From positions 32,001-96,000 of the forward strand of contig JAWXAQ010000033.1 of the NCBI GenBank assembly GCA_034439575.1: a DNA stretch of 64,000 nt, given 5' to 3'. A program made the position numbers and the translations under genes. Under the pieces are notes generated by a model. The model worked only from the letters and a program-made list of their open reading frames with translations. It was not told the DNA's origin and searched no databases. Positions within the stretch are counted from its first letter, which is position 1, and the number at the start of each line of letters is the position of its first letter. This stretch comes from Leptospira sp. (GTDB lineage Bacteria > Spirochaetota > Leptospiria > Leptospirales > Leptospiraceae). Shown here piece by piece: positions 10,154-19,431 of the stretch.

Positions 10154-11955
10154 TCTTTGGTTTGCTCGTAATAACTTTCTGGTAAATCTTTTTGCGTAAC
10201 GTAAGGAAAATATCCTTTTCTAATATTGAAGAAGACAAGCTCAGGGAAACTAAAAAAAACACTTTGAACTCCGTTTGTTACTTTTTTACCTCTGTCGAAA
10301 GGAAGATAAAACAATCCGAGAGCACTCACGCCTATCCCCCATGTAAGATTTGTTAAACCATATATAGGTCTAAGAATGATTGTATCATCTGTAAAGAATA
10401 GGTATTCTTGGTCATAAGGATTCTTTTCATAAATTGTAGATAGAGGAAGAAAATCTTCTTTCAAGTTTCCAATGATTCCCAATCTTAAGTTTTGTTTTTT
10501 TAAGAGACGGTAAGATAGAATGCTTCTTTCTTTCAAAACTCGATAATTGTTTTTTACTTTTTGCGTAGCAACGAAGGGCACAAAGGATAAACTTTTAATT
10601 TCATTTGGAATTGTTCCTCCAAGTATTTGTTTTCTTTGTTCTTCTTGGTTATAAAATTCATTATGATAACGAAATATTTCATTTGTACAGTTTTTAAATA
10701 TCAAGTGATAAGAATAAATTTGTGGCACTATGGTTTCATATAAATCCAAAATTCTTTTGTATTCTAAAGTGATATTTTTGCTTAATTCTATTTCCTTATT
10801 GTTAGGTGAATATTTGATTTTTCTTTTTTTTAGAGGAAGAGTTTCAAAATTTACTATATCATAACTTTCTCTTTGGATGGCATCGATTTTTGCCATTTCT
10901 GTTTCCCAATCTATAAATCCGATCTCACTTTTTGATCTTAAAAAATTATTTTTAGTGATGGTAAAGAGTCGCATAGCATCATTTAGTTTTTCTGTTTTTG
11001 TGAAGTTCGGGATGTCTTCAATTTCTTGGTAATAAAATGGTCGATAATTGGCCTTTTTCGGAATATAAAAAAAGCCTTTTTTAAGTGTTAAATTTAATGC
11101 AGTGTATCTTGCCAAGAGCACCATTTCCTGGTCTCCCGTGCATGAGTCTTTTTCATTTAAGCAGATTTTGATTTGTTCTTCTAATAGGTTTAATATTTGG
11201 CTAACAGATGCTAATTCGTTTTCGTTTAAGGCAAATTCAGATTTTTGATCCAGGCTTATAAATTCAGAAAGATCGGCCTTTTTTGGGGATAAAAAATAAT
11301 TACGAAAAAAGATTTTTTGCATTCGGTATTCAATTTTTTTGTAAATGGAATCGATACGTAGAGGCGGAACAAAAGCCATATTCGAAATATCTTTGTCCGA
11401 TACATTTGAAACTAATTTTAAATTCGATTTCAAATATTCTGAATCTATGTCGAGAGTTAAATTCTGGAAATAGGATATATCTTCTGTTAAATGATTTTGA
11501 TCAATGGTAGAAAACAATTCAGTGGTGTGGACTTTCTCTAATTCGGAAGTAAAATAGCCCAGGCCTGCAATTTCTATATCTATAGATTGATTTTCTGTAG
11601 TTTGGGAAATTTCTCTTATTAAAAATTCATCTAACCTTAGTTCGTCGAGATTTTGTATCCATTTCTTTTGGATGATAAAAGTTTCGTCCCAATTGTTTTT
11701 AAATTTTTCACGTTCAGCGACTGGTATATCTAACTCTAATAAATGCATACTCCGATTTTCCCAAACACCATAGTGAAATACAAATTCTTCCCATGGGTCC
11801 CGTGCTAGATGTAAAATTTTATCTTTAAAATTGTATTGGAAATGGTATACCGTATCTCCTATAAGTAGTGCCGTATGACCACCGCTAGATTGACCTGAAT
11901 TGGATAAAATGTATACGAAATAGATGGGTTTTGGTGGAGAAAGTTCCTTTGCCAC
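10150..11955 (-). CDS. Hypothetical exported or membrane protein with permuted papain-like (Lnb/DUF4105-like) motifs
   Basis: N-terminal GGHTALLIGD and distant YHLIFKNCT motif; C-terminal hydrophobic segments; an in-frame signal-peptide-like extension runs upstream to about 12015. Confidence 0.65.
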   Translation of the reverse strand: MAKELSPPKPIYFVYILSNSGQSSGGHTALLIGDTVYHFQYNFKDKILHLARDPWEEFVFHYGVWENRSMHLLELDIPVAEREKFKNNWDETFIIQKKWIQNLDELRLDEFLIREISQTTENQSIDIEIAGLGYFTSELEKVHTTELFSTIDQNHLTEDISYFQNLTLDIDSEYLKSNLKLVSNVSDKDISNMAFVPPLRIDSIYKKIEYRMQKIFFRNYFLSPKKADLSEFISLDQKSEFALNENELASVSQILNLLEEQIKICLNEKDSCTGDQEMVLLARYTALNLTLKKGFFYIPKKANYRPFYYQEIEDIPNFTKTEKLNDAMRLFTITKNNFLRSKSEIGFIDWETEMAKIDAIQRESYDIVNFETLPLKKRKIKYSPNNKEIELSKNITLEYKRILDLYETIVPQIYSYHLIFKNCTNEIFRYHNEFYNQEEQRKQILGGTIPNEIKSLSFVPFVATQKVKNNYRVLKERSILSYRLLKKQNLRLGIIGNLKEDFLPLSTIYEKNPYDQEYLFFTDDTIILRPIYGLTNLTWGIGVSALGLFYLPFDRGKKVTNGVQSVFFSFPELVFFNIRKGYFPYVTQKDLPESYYEQTKE

Positions 11956-12011
11956 TGTTTCGAAAGTGACAAAGGAAAATAAAATAATAGTGATTAACTG
12001 TAAGGAAAGTT

Positions 12012-12494
12012 TTAATTTAACGATTGGTAACCTTCAGTGAGTAAAAGAGCCATTTTCTGGTTGTTTGGTGCCACTCTATTCAAAACAGTTTGAAAATCAG
12101 AATAAGATGTTCCACCCAATTTCAATCCTTGGCCAATTCCAATGTATGTACTTTTTAAGTTTTTCCAATTTGTCAAACCATGAGTTTTTGCAACAAGTGT
12201 AAGATCCTTTTCAAGGTCATTTGCCGTTTTTGGGTGTTTGGTGAATAATACAACGGAGGCTTTTATATCTTGTCTATACGCGGCTTCCTTCGCTTCATCT
12301 TTACCACTGGATATGGAATCAGAAACGGAAGAAACACTTGTGCTAATTGATTTTAAAAGAGCAGAAGTCGAATCAGAAGCTGAGAAGGCAAGTCTCGATA
12401 GGGAACCAGATGCTGTATCAAGCGATGCACACATGGTGAAAGTGATGGCAAAGGAAAAGGGAAGGAGTAGATAAGTGATGCGGGATAGATTCAT
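12012..12494 (-). CDS. Small Ser-rich putative lipoprotein
   Basis: Hydrophobic leader ending FTMC (spirochaetal lipobox-like), then a Ser-rich tract and a helical domain. Confidence 0.75.
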   Translation of the reverse strand: MNLSRITYLLLPFSFAITFTMCASLDTASGSLSRLAFSASDSTSALLKSISTSVSSVSDSISSGKDEAKEAAYRQDIKASVVLFTKHPKTANDLEKDLTLVAKTHGLTNWKNLKSTYIGIGQGLKLGGTSYSDFQTVLNRVAPNNQKMALLLTEGYQSLN

Positions 12495-12569
12495 AGCGAC
12501 CTCATAAAAGAAATTCCCATTTAATATATGATCAATTCTTTATTGGTCAAGGTTTTTTCCGATGCAAAT

Positions 12570-14462
12570 CTAAACGGAAAAAACGACTGATCCAAATGCA
12601 GGCAGTTCCAAACTGATATGGTCTTTTTTTTGTGAGAGCTCACAATCAATCATGGTTCCAGTCCAATAATCCATAAACGGGCCTTTGGATCGAATCGGTT
12701 TTGGAAGTTGGATTCTGATTTTTGAAGGGACATCTTTGACATTCCAAATGCCTACGTATCCTGCTGGATTGAACATTCCTTGCGGAAAATCCTCTTCAAA
12801 CATGCCAAGTGGGATCGGCGTATGTCCTTCGCAGTCAGAATTTAACTGAAAAGTTTTTTTGAGTAAGGTCAATCGTTCCAATTCTAATTTGGTTAAATCA
12901 TCAGAAACAAGAAGCATACCACCAGAAACGCCCATGATAGAGGCCATAATTTTTGTCTGTTCCTCGGTCATTTTATTTTTCTTTTTACGCACCAAAAGAC
13001 AATCTGGATCGTTTAACCAAAGATGTCTGTGCATAGAAGCTCGTGTAATATCGTTTAAGAGAGCAGTCCTTGTACATAAAGCATTTCTATCTTTTAGAAG
13101 GACACGTGTCCATTCAGGTCCCCAAAAAGGTGCTACATCACTGGAAATACGCATGCCATCAAAGAATCCTACTGAAGGCAACATAGGAGCTCCGCAACCA
13201 AGAAGGAAGGTATTTTTACCTACAACCTTTCTTATCAAAGAGAGAGCTTCCATATAACGGCCCTGTGGTGATAAATTCTTTTTGTAAGTATCTCCAGGCA
13301 GTAATCCAGCATACAAAAAATCTAGTTTTAGGTAAGGGTAACCCCATTCTTTCACAATGGTAGTAAAAACTTTTTCTAAGTAGGCGATTGAAGTCGGGTG
13401 CGTAATATCCAAAGCATACGTATAACCACGTCCCCATAGCGGTTGATAGATGGCAGGAACTGGATTTCCTTTTTCATCTTTTAAAATGGCTTCTGGAAAT
13501 TTTTGGAAGAACTCTGATTTTTTGCGTACCAAAAATGGAGCAAGCCAAATTCCAGGTTTAAGCCCAATTCGTTTGATTTCATCTGCAATGATTCTCATTC
13601 CGCCTGGAAATTTATCATTTGGATATAACCAATCTCCGATTTCCCTTTGGTAACCATCATCAATTTGAAAAAATTCAATAGGTAGATTCAGTTCTCTAAC
13701 TTTTGCTAGGTTTTCAAAAATTATTTTTTGGTCAATTTTTGTATAATAATAATACCAAGAACACCAACCAGTAGGAACTTTTTTGGGAAATGTAGGTACA
13801 TTTAATTTTTCCCCTAATTGTTCGAAATACTCAGCAAGAACAATTTCTGGTGCATTTGTAAATGATTTGATAAGTATTTTGGAAATGGCAATTTTGCTAT
13901 TGGGACGAAGATCAGGATGACAATAAAAATCATAAATGGCGGATACGGAAGATACTTCGCCGTCAATCGTTAGGTGGCCTTCAAACTTGATCCCAAATTC
14001 GCCACGGTCGAGAGACGCATATAAAGTCCCTGTAGACTTTTCTTTTTGGTATAGCAGAGTGAAATATTCTGAGATATATTCACCGGGCTTACCTTTATGT
14101 TTTGAATAGATATTTTCCTGCGTGTATTGTAAAAATGCCAAACGTGGGGAGCGGTCTTCTTCACTTGGGCGCATACGTTTGGAGAGAGACCAAGACTGGT
14201 ATCCATGTTGAAAGAGTTCAAAGCCTTTCCCTTGCGGAATTTGGTCCAAAACAATTTCTAAAAAATCTATGCTAAAACCCACTTCAGGCCTAGTTGTTTC
14301 CCGCCAGAATAGTTTGGGTGATAGAATGGTTTCCGCCTTACTTGGGGAAGAACTCGTGATAACGAGTTCAAATTTTTTACATTCACTTTGGAAAGTGCCT
14401 GCTTTCTGCGGAATAAATCGGGAAGTAATGATGTGATCGTGGATACGGTATTGAATTTTCAT
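12570..14462 (-). CDS. Glycoside hydrolase family 36 (alpha-galactosidase-like)
   Basis: GWCSWYYY, FQIDDGYQ, GIWLAPF, YLKLDF, MRISSD, NDPDC. Confidence 0.88.
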   Translation of the reverse strand: MKIQYRIHDHIITSRFIPQKAGTFQSECKKFELVITSSSPSKAETILSPKLFWRETTRPEVGFSIDFLEIVLDQIPQGKGFELFQHGYQSWSLSKRMRPSEEDRSPRLAFLQYTQENIYSKHKGKPGEYISEYFTLLYQKEKSTGTLYASLDRGEFGIKFEGHLTIDGEVSSVSAIYDFYCHPDLRPNSKIAISKILIKSFTNAPEIVLAEYFEQLGEKLNVPTFPKKVPTGWCSWYYYYTKIDQKIIFENLAKVRELNLPIEFFQIDDGYQREIGDWLYPNDKFPGGMRIIADEIKRIGLKPGIWLAPFLVRKKSEFFQKFPEAILKDEKGNPVPAIYQPLWGRGYTYALDITHPTSIAYLEKVFTTIVKEWGYPYLKLDFLYAGLLPGDTYKKNLSPQGRYMEALSLIRKVVGKNTFLLGCGAPMLPSVGFFDGMRISSDVAPFWGPEWTRVLLKDRNALCTRTALLNDITRASMHRHLWLNDPDCLLVRKKKNKMTEEQTKIMASIMGVSGGMLLVSDDLTKLELERLTLLKKTFQLNSDCEGHTPIPLGMFEEDFPQGMFNPAGYVGIWNVKDVPSKIRIQLPKPIRSKGPFMDYWTGTMIDCELSQKKDHISLELPAFGSVVFSV

Positions 14463-14514
14463 CGTAAAAATCTATTTGATGATTTAAGAGCAACCTTTTC
14501 CATAGTAAGCCATT

Positions 14515-15153
14515 ATGACCCAAAAACGTTCAAGTATAAAACCTGTTGTTCTACAAGGTGATCTAAGTGATGAATTCTTTGAAGCCTATAAGAAAGATGA
14601 TCGACTGGCAGTAGATTGTGAGATGATGGGTTTGAACCCGAGACGAGACCGTCTCTGTGTAGTTCAAATTTGTGACTCAAAAAATAGAGTCTCCCTGGTT
14701 CAAATCCTTCCTGGGCAAAAGGATGCACCAAAATTACAAAAATTATTCGAATCGACTGAAATCGAAAAAATATTTCATTTCGCGAGAATGGATATGACCT
14801 TCTTAAATGCAAGACTCGGTATCCAATTAAAAAATGTATTTTGTACAAAAATTGCAAGTAAACTTGCTCGAACCTATACCGACAAACATGGGTTAAAGGA
14901 ATTAATTAGAGAATTTTTTGAAGAAAATATTGATAAAAAAAATCAATCTTCTGATTGGGGTAAAAAAATCCTCACTAAAGACCAAGTTGATTATGCAGGA
15001 ACAGACGTTCGCTTTTTAATTTCTCTTGAACAAATATTAACAGAAATGTTGATCCGCGAAAATAGGTTTACAATGGCACAAAAATGTTTTAATTTTATCG
15101 AAACACAAGTTGAGCTGGATCTATTAGAAGTTTATAATATTTTTGAGCATTGA
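14515..15153 (+). CDS. RNase D-like 3'-5' exonuclease
   Basis: AVDCEMMGL, RDRLCVVQ, FHFARMD, CTKIASKLART, QSSDWG, YAGTDV. Confidence 0.9.
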   Translation: MTQKRSSIKPVVLQGDLSDEFFEAYKKDDRLAVDCEMMGLNPRRDRLCVVQICDSKNRVSLVQILPGQKDAPKLQKLFESTEIEKIFHFARMDMTFLNARLGIQLKNVFCTKIASKLARTYTDKHGLKELIREFFEENIDKKNQSSDWGKKILTKDQVDYAGTDVRFLISLEQILTEMLIRENRFTMAQKCFNFIETQVELDLLEVYNIFEH

Positions 15154-16529
15154 TGTCAAAAAAGCCTCCCGCAAAAATTTTCCAATGTAAAGCCTGCGGT
15201 GCAGAATACCAAAGGTGGGCCGGGAAATGTTCTACATGCGAAGAATGGAATTCTATTGAAGAATTAATTATAGGTGGGGGCGGACGATTTGAACCTCAAT
15301 CTATATCCCGTGAAAAGGCAGTATCTCGTAAATACCAGACCCCTATTTCTGTAAATAAAGTTGAAGAGAGTCAATTCCAAAGACTTTCCACTTCTTATTC
15401 CGAAATGGATTTAGTGTTAGGTGGCGGAATTGTGCCTGGAAGTTTGTTACTGATTGGAGGAGAACCAGGTGTCGGTAAATCCACTCTGGTTTTAGAAATT
15501 GCACGTGGGATTTCAAAATTGGGACAGGTGCTATATATTTCTGGTGAAGAATCTGCTTCACAAATTGGAATGCGTGCTAAGCGTATGGGCCTAACTAGTG
15601 ATAACATCCTTCTTTCTTCGGAAATTTATGCTGAAAATATATCACAGATGATTTCTGACTTAAAGCCTACAGTCGTTTTTATAGATTCGATCCAAACCAT
15701 ATTAAAAGAAAGTCTAGTGAACCAAGCGGGTTCTGTAACACAACTCAGGGAAGCATCGCAAGTTTTTTTAGAAACGGCTAAACGCACAGGCATTCCAATT
15801 TTTTTGATAGGTCATATCACCAAAGAAGGGTTAATCGCAGGACCTAAGGCTCTCGAACATTTGGTCGATACTGTATTGTATTTTGAAGGGGATAGGTTAA
15901 ATTATTATCGTATCTTACGTGCTGTCAAAAACAGGTTCGGTGCCGTTGGAGATACAGCCATATTTGAAATGGTTGCTGATGGCCTGAAACAAGTTCTCGA
16001 CAGACATAGACTTTTTATTTCACAAGAATCTGAAGATAGATCAGGAAGTGTTTTGTCTTCTGTGATGGAAGGCTCACGCGCTATAAGTGTCGAAGTACAG
16101 GCATTAGTTGTTAAGTCTTCTTTTGGGCAAGCGAGACGTATGGCAGAGGGACTTGACAATCGACGTGTGATCTTGCTTTCCGCTGTGATTGAAAAATATT
16201 TAAATATGCCACTTTCCGAATGTGATATTTTTAGTAATCTCGCAGGCGGACTTACTATTGATGAACCAAGTCTTGATCTTGCAATCACTGCCTCCATTGC
16301 CTCTTCATTTCAAGATAAACCCATTGCTCGTTCAATTGGATTTTTAGGGGAAGTCGGGCTTTCCGGTGAAGTGCGTAGCGTCGGCCAGATTAGCCTTCGA
16401 ATCAAAGAATTAGCAGGTATCGGTATCACAAAGATTTATTTGCCACATGGAAATTTAAAAGAATCAAGTGGGTTGTTTGGTGATTTGGAACTTGTCGGGG
16501 TAAAACATTTGCGAGAATTAGGATTTTAG
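15153..16529 (+). CDS. radA: DNA repair protein RadA/Sms
   Basis: C4 zinc finger, GGEPGVGKST, KNRFG motif, Lon-like C-terminal domain; TGATG overlap with the upstream gene. Confidence 0.97.
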   Translation: MSKKPPAKIFQCKACGAEYQRWAGKCSTCEEWNSIEELIIGGGGRFEPQSISREKAVSRKYQTPISVNKVEESQFQRLSTSYSEMDLVLGGGIVPGSLLLIGGEPGVGKSTLVLEIARGISKLGQVLYISGEESASQIGMRAKRMGLTSDNILLSSEIYAENISQMISDLKPTVVFIDSIQTILKESLVNQAGSVTQLREASQVFLETAKRTGIPIFLIGHITKEGLIAGPKALEHLVDTVLYFEGDRLNYYRILRAVKNRFGAVGDTAIFEMVADGLKQVLDRHRLFISQESEDRSGSVLSSVMEGSRAISVEVQALVVKSSFGQARRMAEGLDNRRVILLSAVIEKYLNMPLSECDIFSNLAGGLTIDEPSLDLAITASIASSFQDKPIARSIGFLGEVGLSGEVRSVGQISLRIKELAGIGITKIYLPHGNLKESSGLFGDLELVGVKHLRELGF

Positions 16530-16586
16530 AAAAAGGATGAGATTTGCGTCTTGTCTTTGTTAGGTGTAATATAGGCTGGGATATTT

Positions 16587-16817
16587 ATGTTAGAATTAAG
16601 ACCAAGTTGTGAATCCTGTGATATAGATCTTCCTCCTGATTCCTTGGATGCAAGAATATGTTCCTTTGAATGTACGTTTTGCGTCACTTGTGCCGAATCA
16701 AAACTAAATCATCTTTGTCCAAATTGTAAAGGTGAGTTAGTCAGAAGACCCATTCGTCCTAAAATTGCATTGGATAAACATCCCGCCTCGACTAAGAGAG
16801 TATTTAAACCTTTGTGA
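16587..16817 (+). CDS. DUF1272-family small Cys-rich protein
   Basis: MLELRPSCESC...ICSFECTFCVTC...CPNCKGELVRRPIRP. Confidence 0.88.
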   Translation: MLELRPSCESCDIDLPPDSLDARICSFECTFCVTCAESKLNHLCPNCKGELVRRPIRPKIALDKHPASTKRVFKPL

Positions 16818-16853
16818 TGTTATGGTCCTTGATCATAGATACATTTTGGTCAG

Positions 16854-17333
16854 ATGGTGCAGGAAAGAGTTAAATTTCGTGACAATACAGATTCGGATTG
16901 AAAATGTATACACGAATTGATGAGACTTCAATACAATATGGGAGATTCTATATATATGTCGACTAACTCTATTGATGCGTACAATAGAATACTTTCTGAT
17001 TTTGGGTTGAAAGCGACTACTATCATGGATAAGGAAAGTATCAAAACGACTCAGGATAACCGTAATTTGTTCAAAGAACAATTGAAAAAAGGTAATATTG
17101 TCAATTCTGGATTATATCGTGATGCACCTAGGTATGGTGAGCCGTATAAGCAGAACGATCTAGGTGAGGACATTAAACCATCTAAAGGTCATCGCGTAAA
17201 TATTGTGGGTTTTGACGATGCACGAGGAGAATGGATTGTGAATGACTCTGCAGAACCAAATCAATTGATTCGGTATAAGTTTGGAGATTTTGAACTTGGC
17301 AATGGTTGGTCGACAGTGTTAGTTAAAAAATAA
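16854..17333 (+). pseudogene. Truncated C39/papain-like peptidase fragment (possible toxin or large-protein tip)
   Basis: GHRVNIVGFD...WIVNDS His/Asp motif; the frame extends upstream through an in-frame TGA at 16899-16901; no recognisable nucleophile motif or signal peptide. Confidence 0.5.
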
Positions 17334-18118
17334 TGAAAAAAGTTCTCTTTAGACAAATCAAAGTTTTACTCAGTATCTATTTCCTTTTTTTATTCGGATT
17401 AGATGCGGACGAGAAAAGTGAGCTATCGGAGATTTCTAGTTATATCAGAAGAGTTAATAAGAATTATTCGTCATCCAAGCTGATTACAACCGCCGAGGAT
17501 CAATGGGTCTATTCTGTAAACTACTACATTAACGATGAAAATTTTAAAAGGATTTTAAAACAACCAGACCGTGATGACTCCATACGAAAATGGGGCAACA
17601 AACGGAAATGGCTAGTGACAAAAAATCTAGGTGTTGGTGAGTCACTCTATCTTTTTCATTCATTTCAAGACGTAGATGATAGTTGGCAATTCACTCCAGA
17701 AACTAAGGTAAAAAATATCCAAGACATTCATAATTTTGCATTTAAAAATTACTGTGAAGAGAATGAGAAAGTGAATGAAGACTTCGCAAGAATCAAAAAA
17801 TTAAGGATCACTATTTTCGAAGCGCAGTATCGTGTAGTAAATAATTTAATGAATTATGAAGTTGCAAACCAATTCAAAAAAACAAAATCCTACGATATTT
17901 CTTTTCCGAATGAGCCAAAGATCGTTTATCCAATGCCTGCATATGCGCCGGTAGGTTCCAAAGAAAATGTTCCCGGCACTATCTTTGTCATGAAACTTAC
18001 GGTGTTAGAAGTCTATCCTGGTAAAGAAGGACAGCCGTTATGTGCAGAGGATTTCTATTTGGGTTACAAAAATCGAGGGGAATACACTGAGGTCTTAAAA
18101 CAAATTGATAAGATATAA
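17333..18118 (+). CDS. Exported hypothetical protein with a discoidin/NADase-type glycan-binding-like C-terminus
   Basis: Signal peptide; RIKKLRITI and LTVLEVYPGK..LCAEDF motifs; TAATG overlap with the upstream fragment. Confidence 0.6.
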   Translation: MKKVLFRQIKVLLSIYFLFLFGLDADEKSELSEISSYIRRVNKNYSSSKLITTAEDQWVYSVNYYINDENFKRILKQPDRDDSIRKWGNKRKWLVTKNLGVGESLYLFHSFQDVDDSWQFTPETKVKNIQDIHNFAFKNYCEENEKVNEDFARIKKLRITIFEAQYRVVNNLMNYEVANQFKKTKSYDISFPNEPKIVYPMPAYAPVGSKENVPGTIFVMKLTVLEVYPGKEGQPLCAEDFYLGYKNRGEYTEVLKQIDKI

Positions 18119-18692
18119 TAGTCTAATTTTACTTCTTCTCATATTTATATTTCCAATCGCGTTTCCAATTCTTAGTCAAGCGATGACTCCTGATTCGGAT
18201 CTTCCCAAGGGTTGGGAGTTTCAGTTCAATGCTCCCTTCGGCCAAGATGATGATATAACTCCAATTCCAGGTCCATTTAAGCCCTACCAAATGGATGCAT
18301 ATTATTTGATCTTACAAACACAATCATTCGCAAGGCTCGTTGGTGCTTCGGGAAAAAATATGAAGAGCCGTGCATGCCTTGCGCTTGATACAAAAAAAGG
18401 AAAGGCCGTGATAAAGTTTCTATTCGATCGTACCTTTTATTTGTTAGATGTAAAAAAAATATCAACAGCAGTCTATGAATTAATCATTGATCGTGATTCA
18501 AGAAAAATTAAACTCTCAAAAGAAAATCCCACACGTAAAAATGAATCAGATTATAAACTAAGATTCACCGATGGAATTGACGGTGGAGATGATTTATATG
18601 CAGACGGTAATTATGCAGCTGTTAGCAATACCTATCTTATGCCGACGATGAGTGCATGCATCAATCAAGCGATAAAAATATCTATGAGATAG
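18105..18692 (+). CDS. Exported hypothetical protein
   Basis: 195-aa ORF with a hydrophobic signal peptide and two Cys; overlaps the previous gene by 14 nt. Confidence 0.65.
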   Translation: MIRYNSLILLLLIFIFPIAFPILSQAMTPDSDLPKGWEFQFNAPFGQDDDITPIPGPFKPYQMDAYYLILQTQSFARLVGASGKNMKSRACLALDTKKGKAVIKFLFDRTFYLLDVKKISTAVYELIIDRDSRKIKLSKENPTRKNESDYKLRFTDGIDGGDDLYADGNYAAVSNTYLMPTMSACINQAIKISMR

Positions 18693-19011
18693 TTTTGAGA
18701 GTAGAAAAATTTTAATTACAAATGCTTTATTCATTAATTCAGAAGTTATTGCGAGATAAAAAATTATTTTTTAAGCTAATTCACAAATCAAGTGTTAGAT
18801 TGTGAATTTACAATTGAAACAGAACTAATTTTCCAAAAAAATTTTATTTTTATACTATAGAAATCCTTCTTAATATGCCTTCATTTCTCAGCATAACAAA
18901 AGTTGATATTTATCTAAGTAGCTTTTTTCCATGCCGGAATATGGTATAACACATTGGAGGTGCTCAAAGTAAATAGAGAGATTTTTGTTATTCAATCTTT
19001 CTTCGGTTAGG

Positions 19012-19103
19012 AAACCTTGTTTCCATCGGTAACGGAGACATGGATGTCGGAGTCCTTCCTTCGAGCACGGAGGTGAGAGGGAAGGGAGATGGTAACAAGG
19101 TTT
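19012..19103. repeat. GC-rich structured inverted-repeat element with multiple GGA motifs
   Basis: AAACCTTGTTTCCATC (19012-19027) pairs 15/16 with GATGGTAACAAGGTTT (19088-19103); inner hairpins GACATGGATGTC and CACGGAGGTG. Confidence 0.7.
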
Positions 19104-19118
19104 GCCTCTCTCTAACAA

Positions 19119-19355
19119 TCAATTCGCGTAAAGACTACCAACACATACCCCACAAATTTCTGAATCAGCATTGGCAGATTTTGCAACAATGGTTCTCATT
19201 TTTTGTATGTCCATGGGTTGAGATTGTTTTTCCAAAGTACATTTGGTTTCGTCGAAAGAGCAGGCGAACGATAACTTTTTGTTTTCATCCTTTTGGATGT
19301 GTGCAATTGGTACGCCTGCATATCTTTTCATGGTATAAGAGATGGATAGTTTCAT
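19119..19355 (-). CDS. Small hypothetical protein with a C-terminal CxxC
   Basis: 78-aa ORF (alternative start 19331) with His, two Cys and CGVC; possible metal binding. Confidence 0.5.
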   Translation of the reverse strand: MKLSISYTMKRYAGVPIAHIQKDENKKLSFACSFDETKCTLEKQSQPMDIQKMRTIVAKSANADSEICGVCVGSLYAN

Positions 19356-19431
19356 TCTTAAAGACTCAAATTTTTAGTCTTTAAGGTCAATATAAAAGTC
19401 CAAATGAGATTTTTATAAAGAATAAAATGTT

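Noticed and set aside
18778..18808. AATTCACAAATC / GATTGTGAATT inverted repeat
   Set aside because: It is a short AT-rich stem that could be a weak terminator or chance; there is no further support.
18888..19121. In-frame TGA joining the 19119-19355 and 18888-19118 ORFs (possible readthrough or selenocysteine)
   Set aside because: The downstream ORF runs through the structured repeat and has no protein-like features, and the TGA is not in a redox motif.
19040..19384. 114-aa + strand ORF
   Set aside because: It starts inside the hairpin element, is antisense to a more plausible ORF and has atypical composition.
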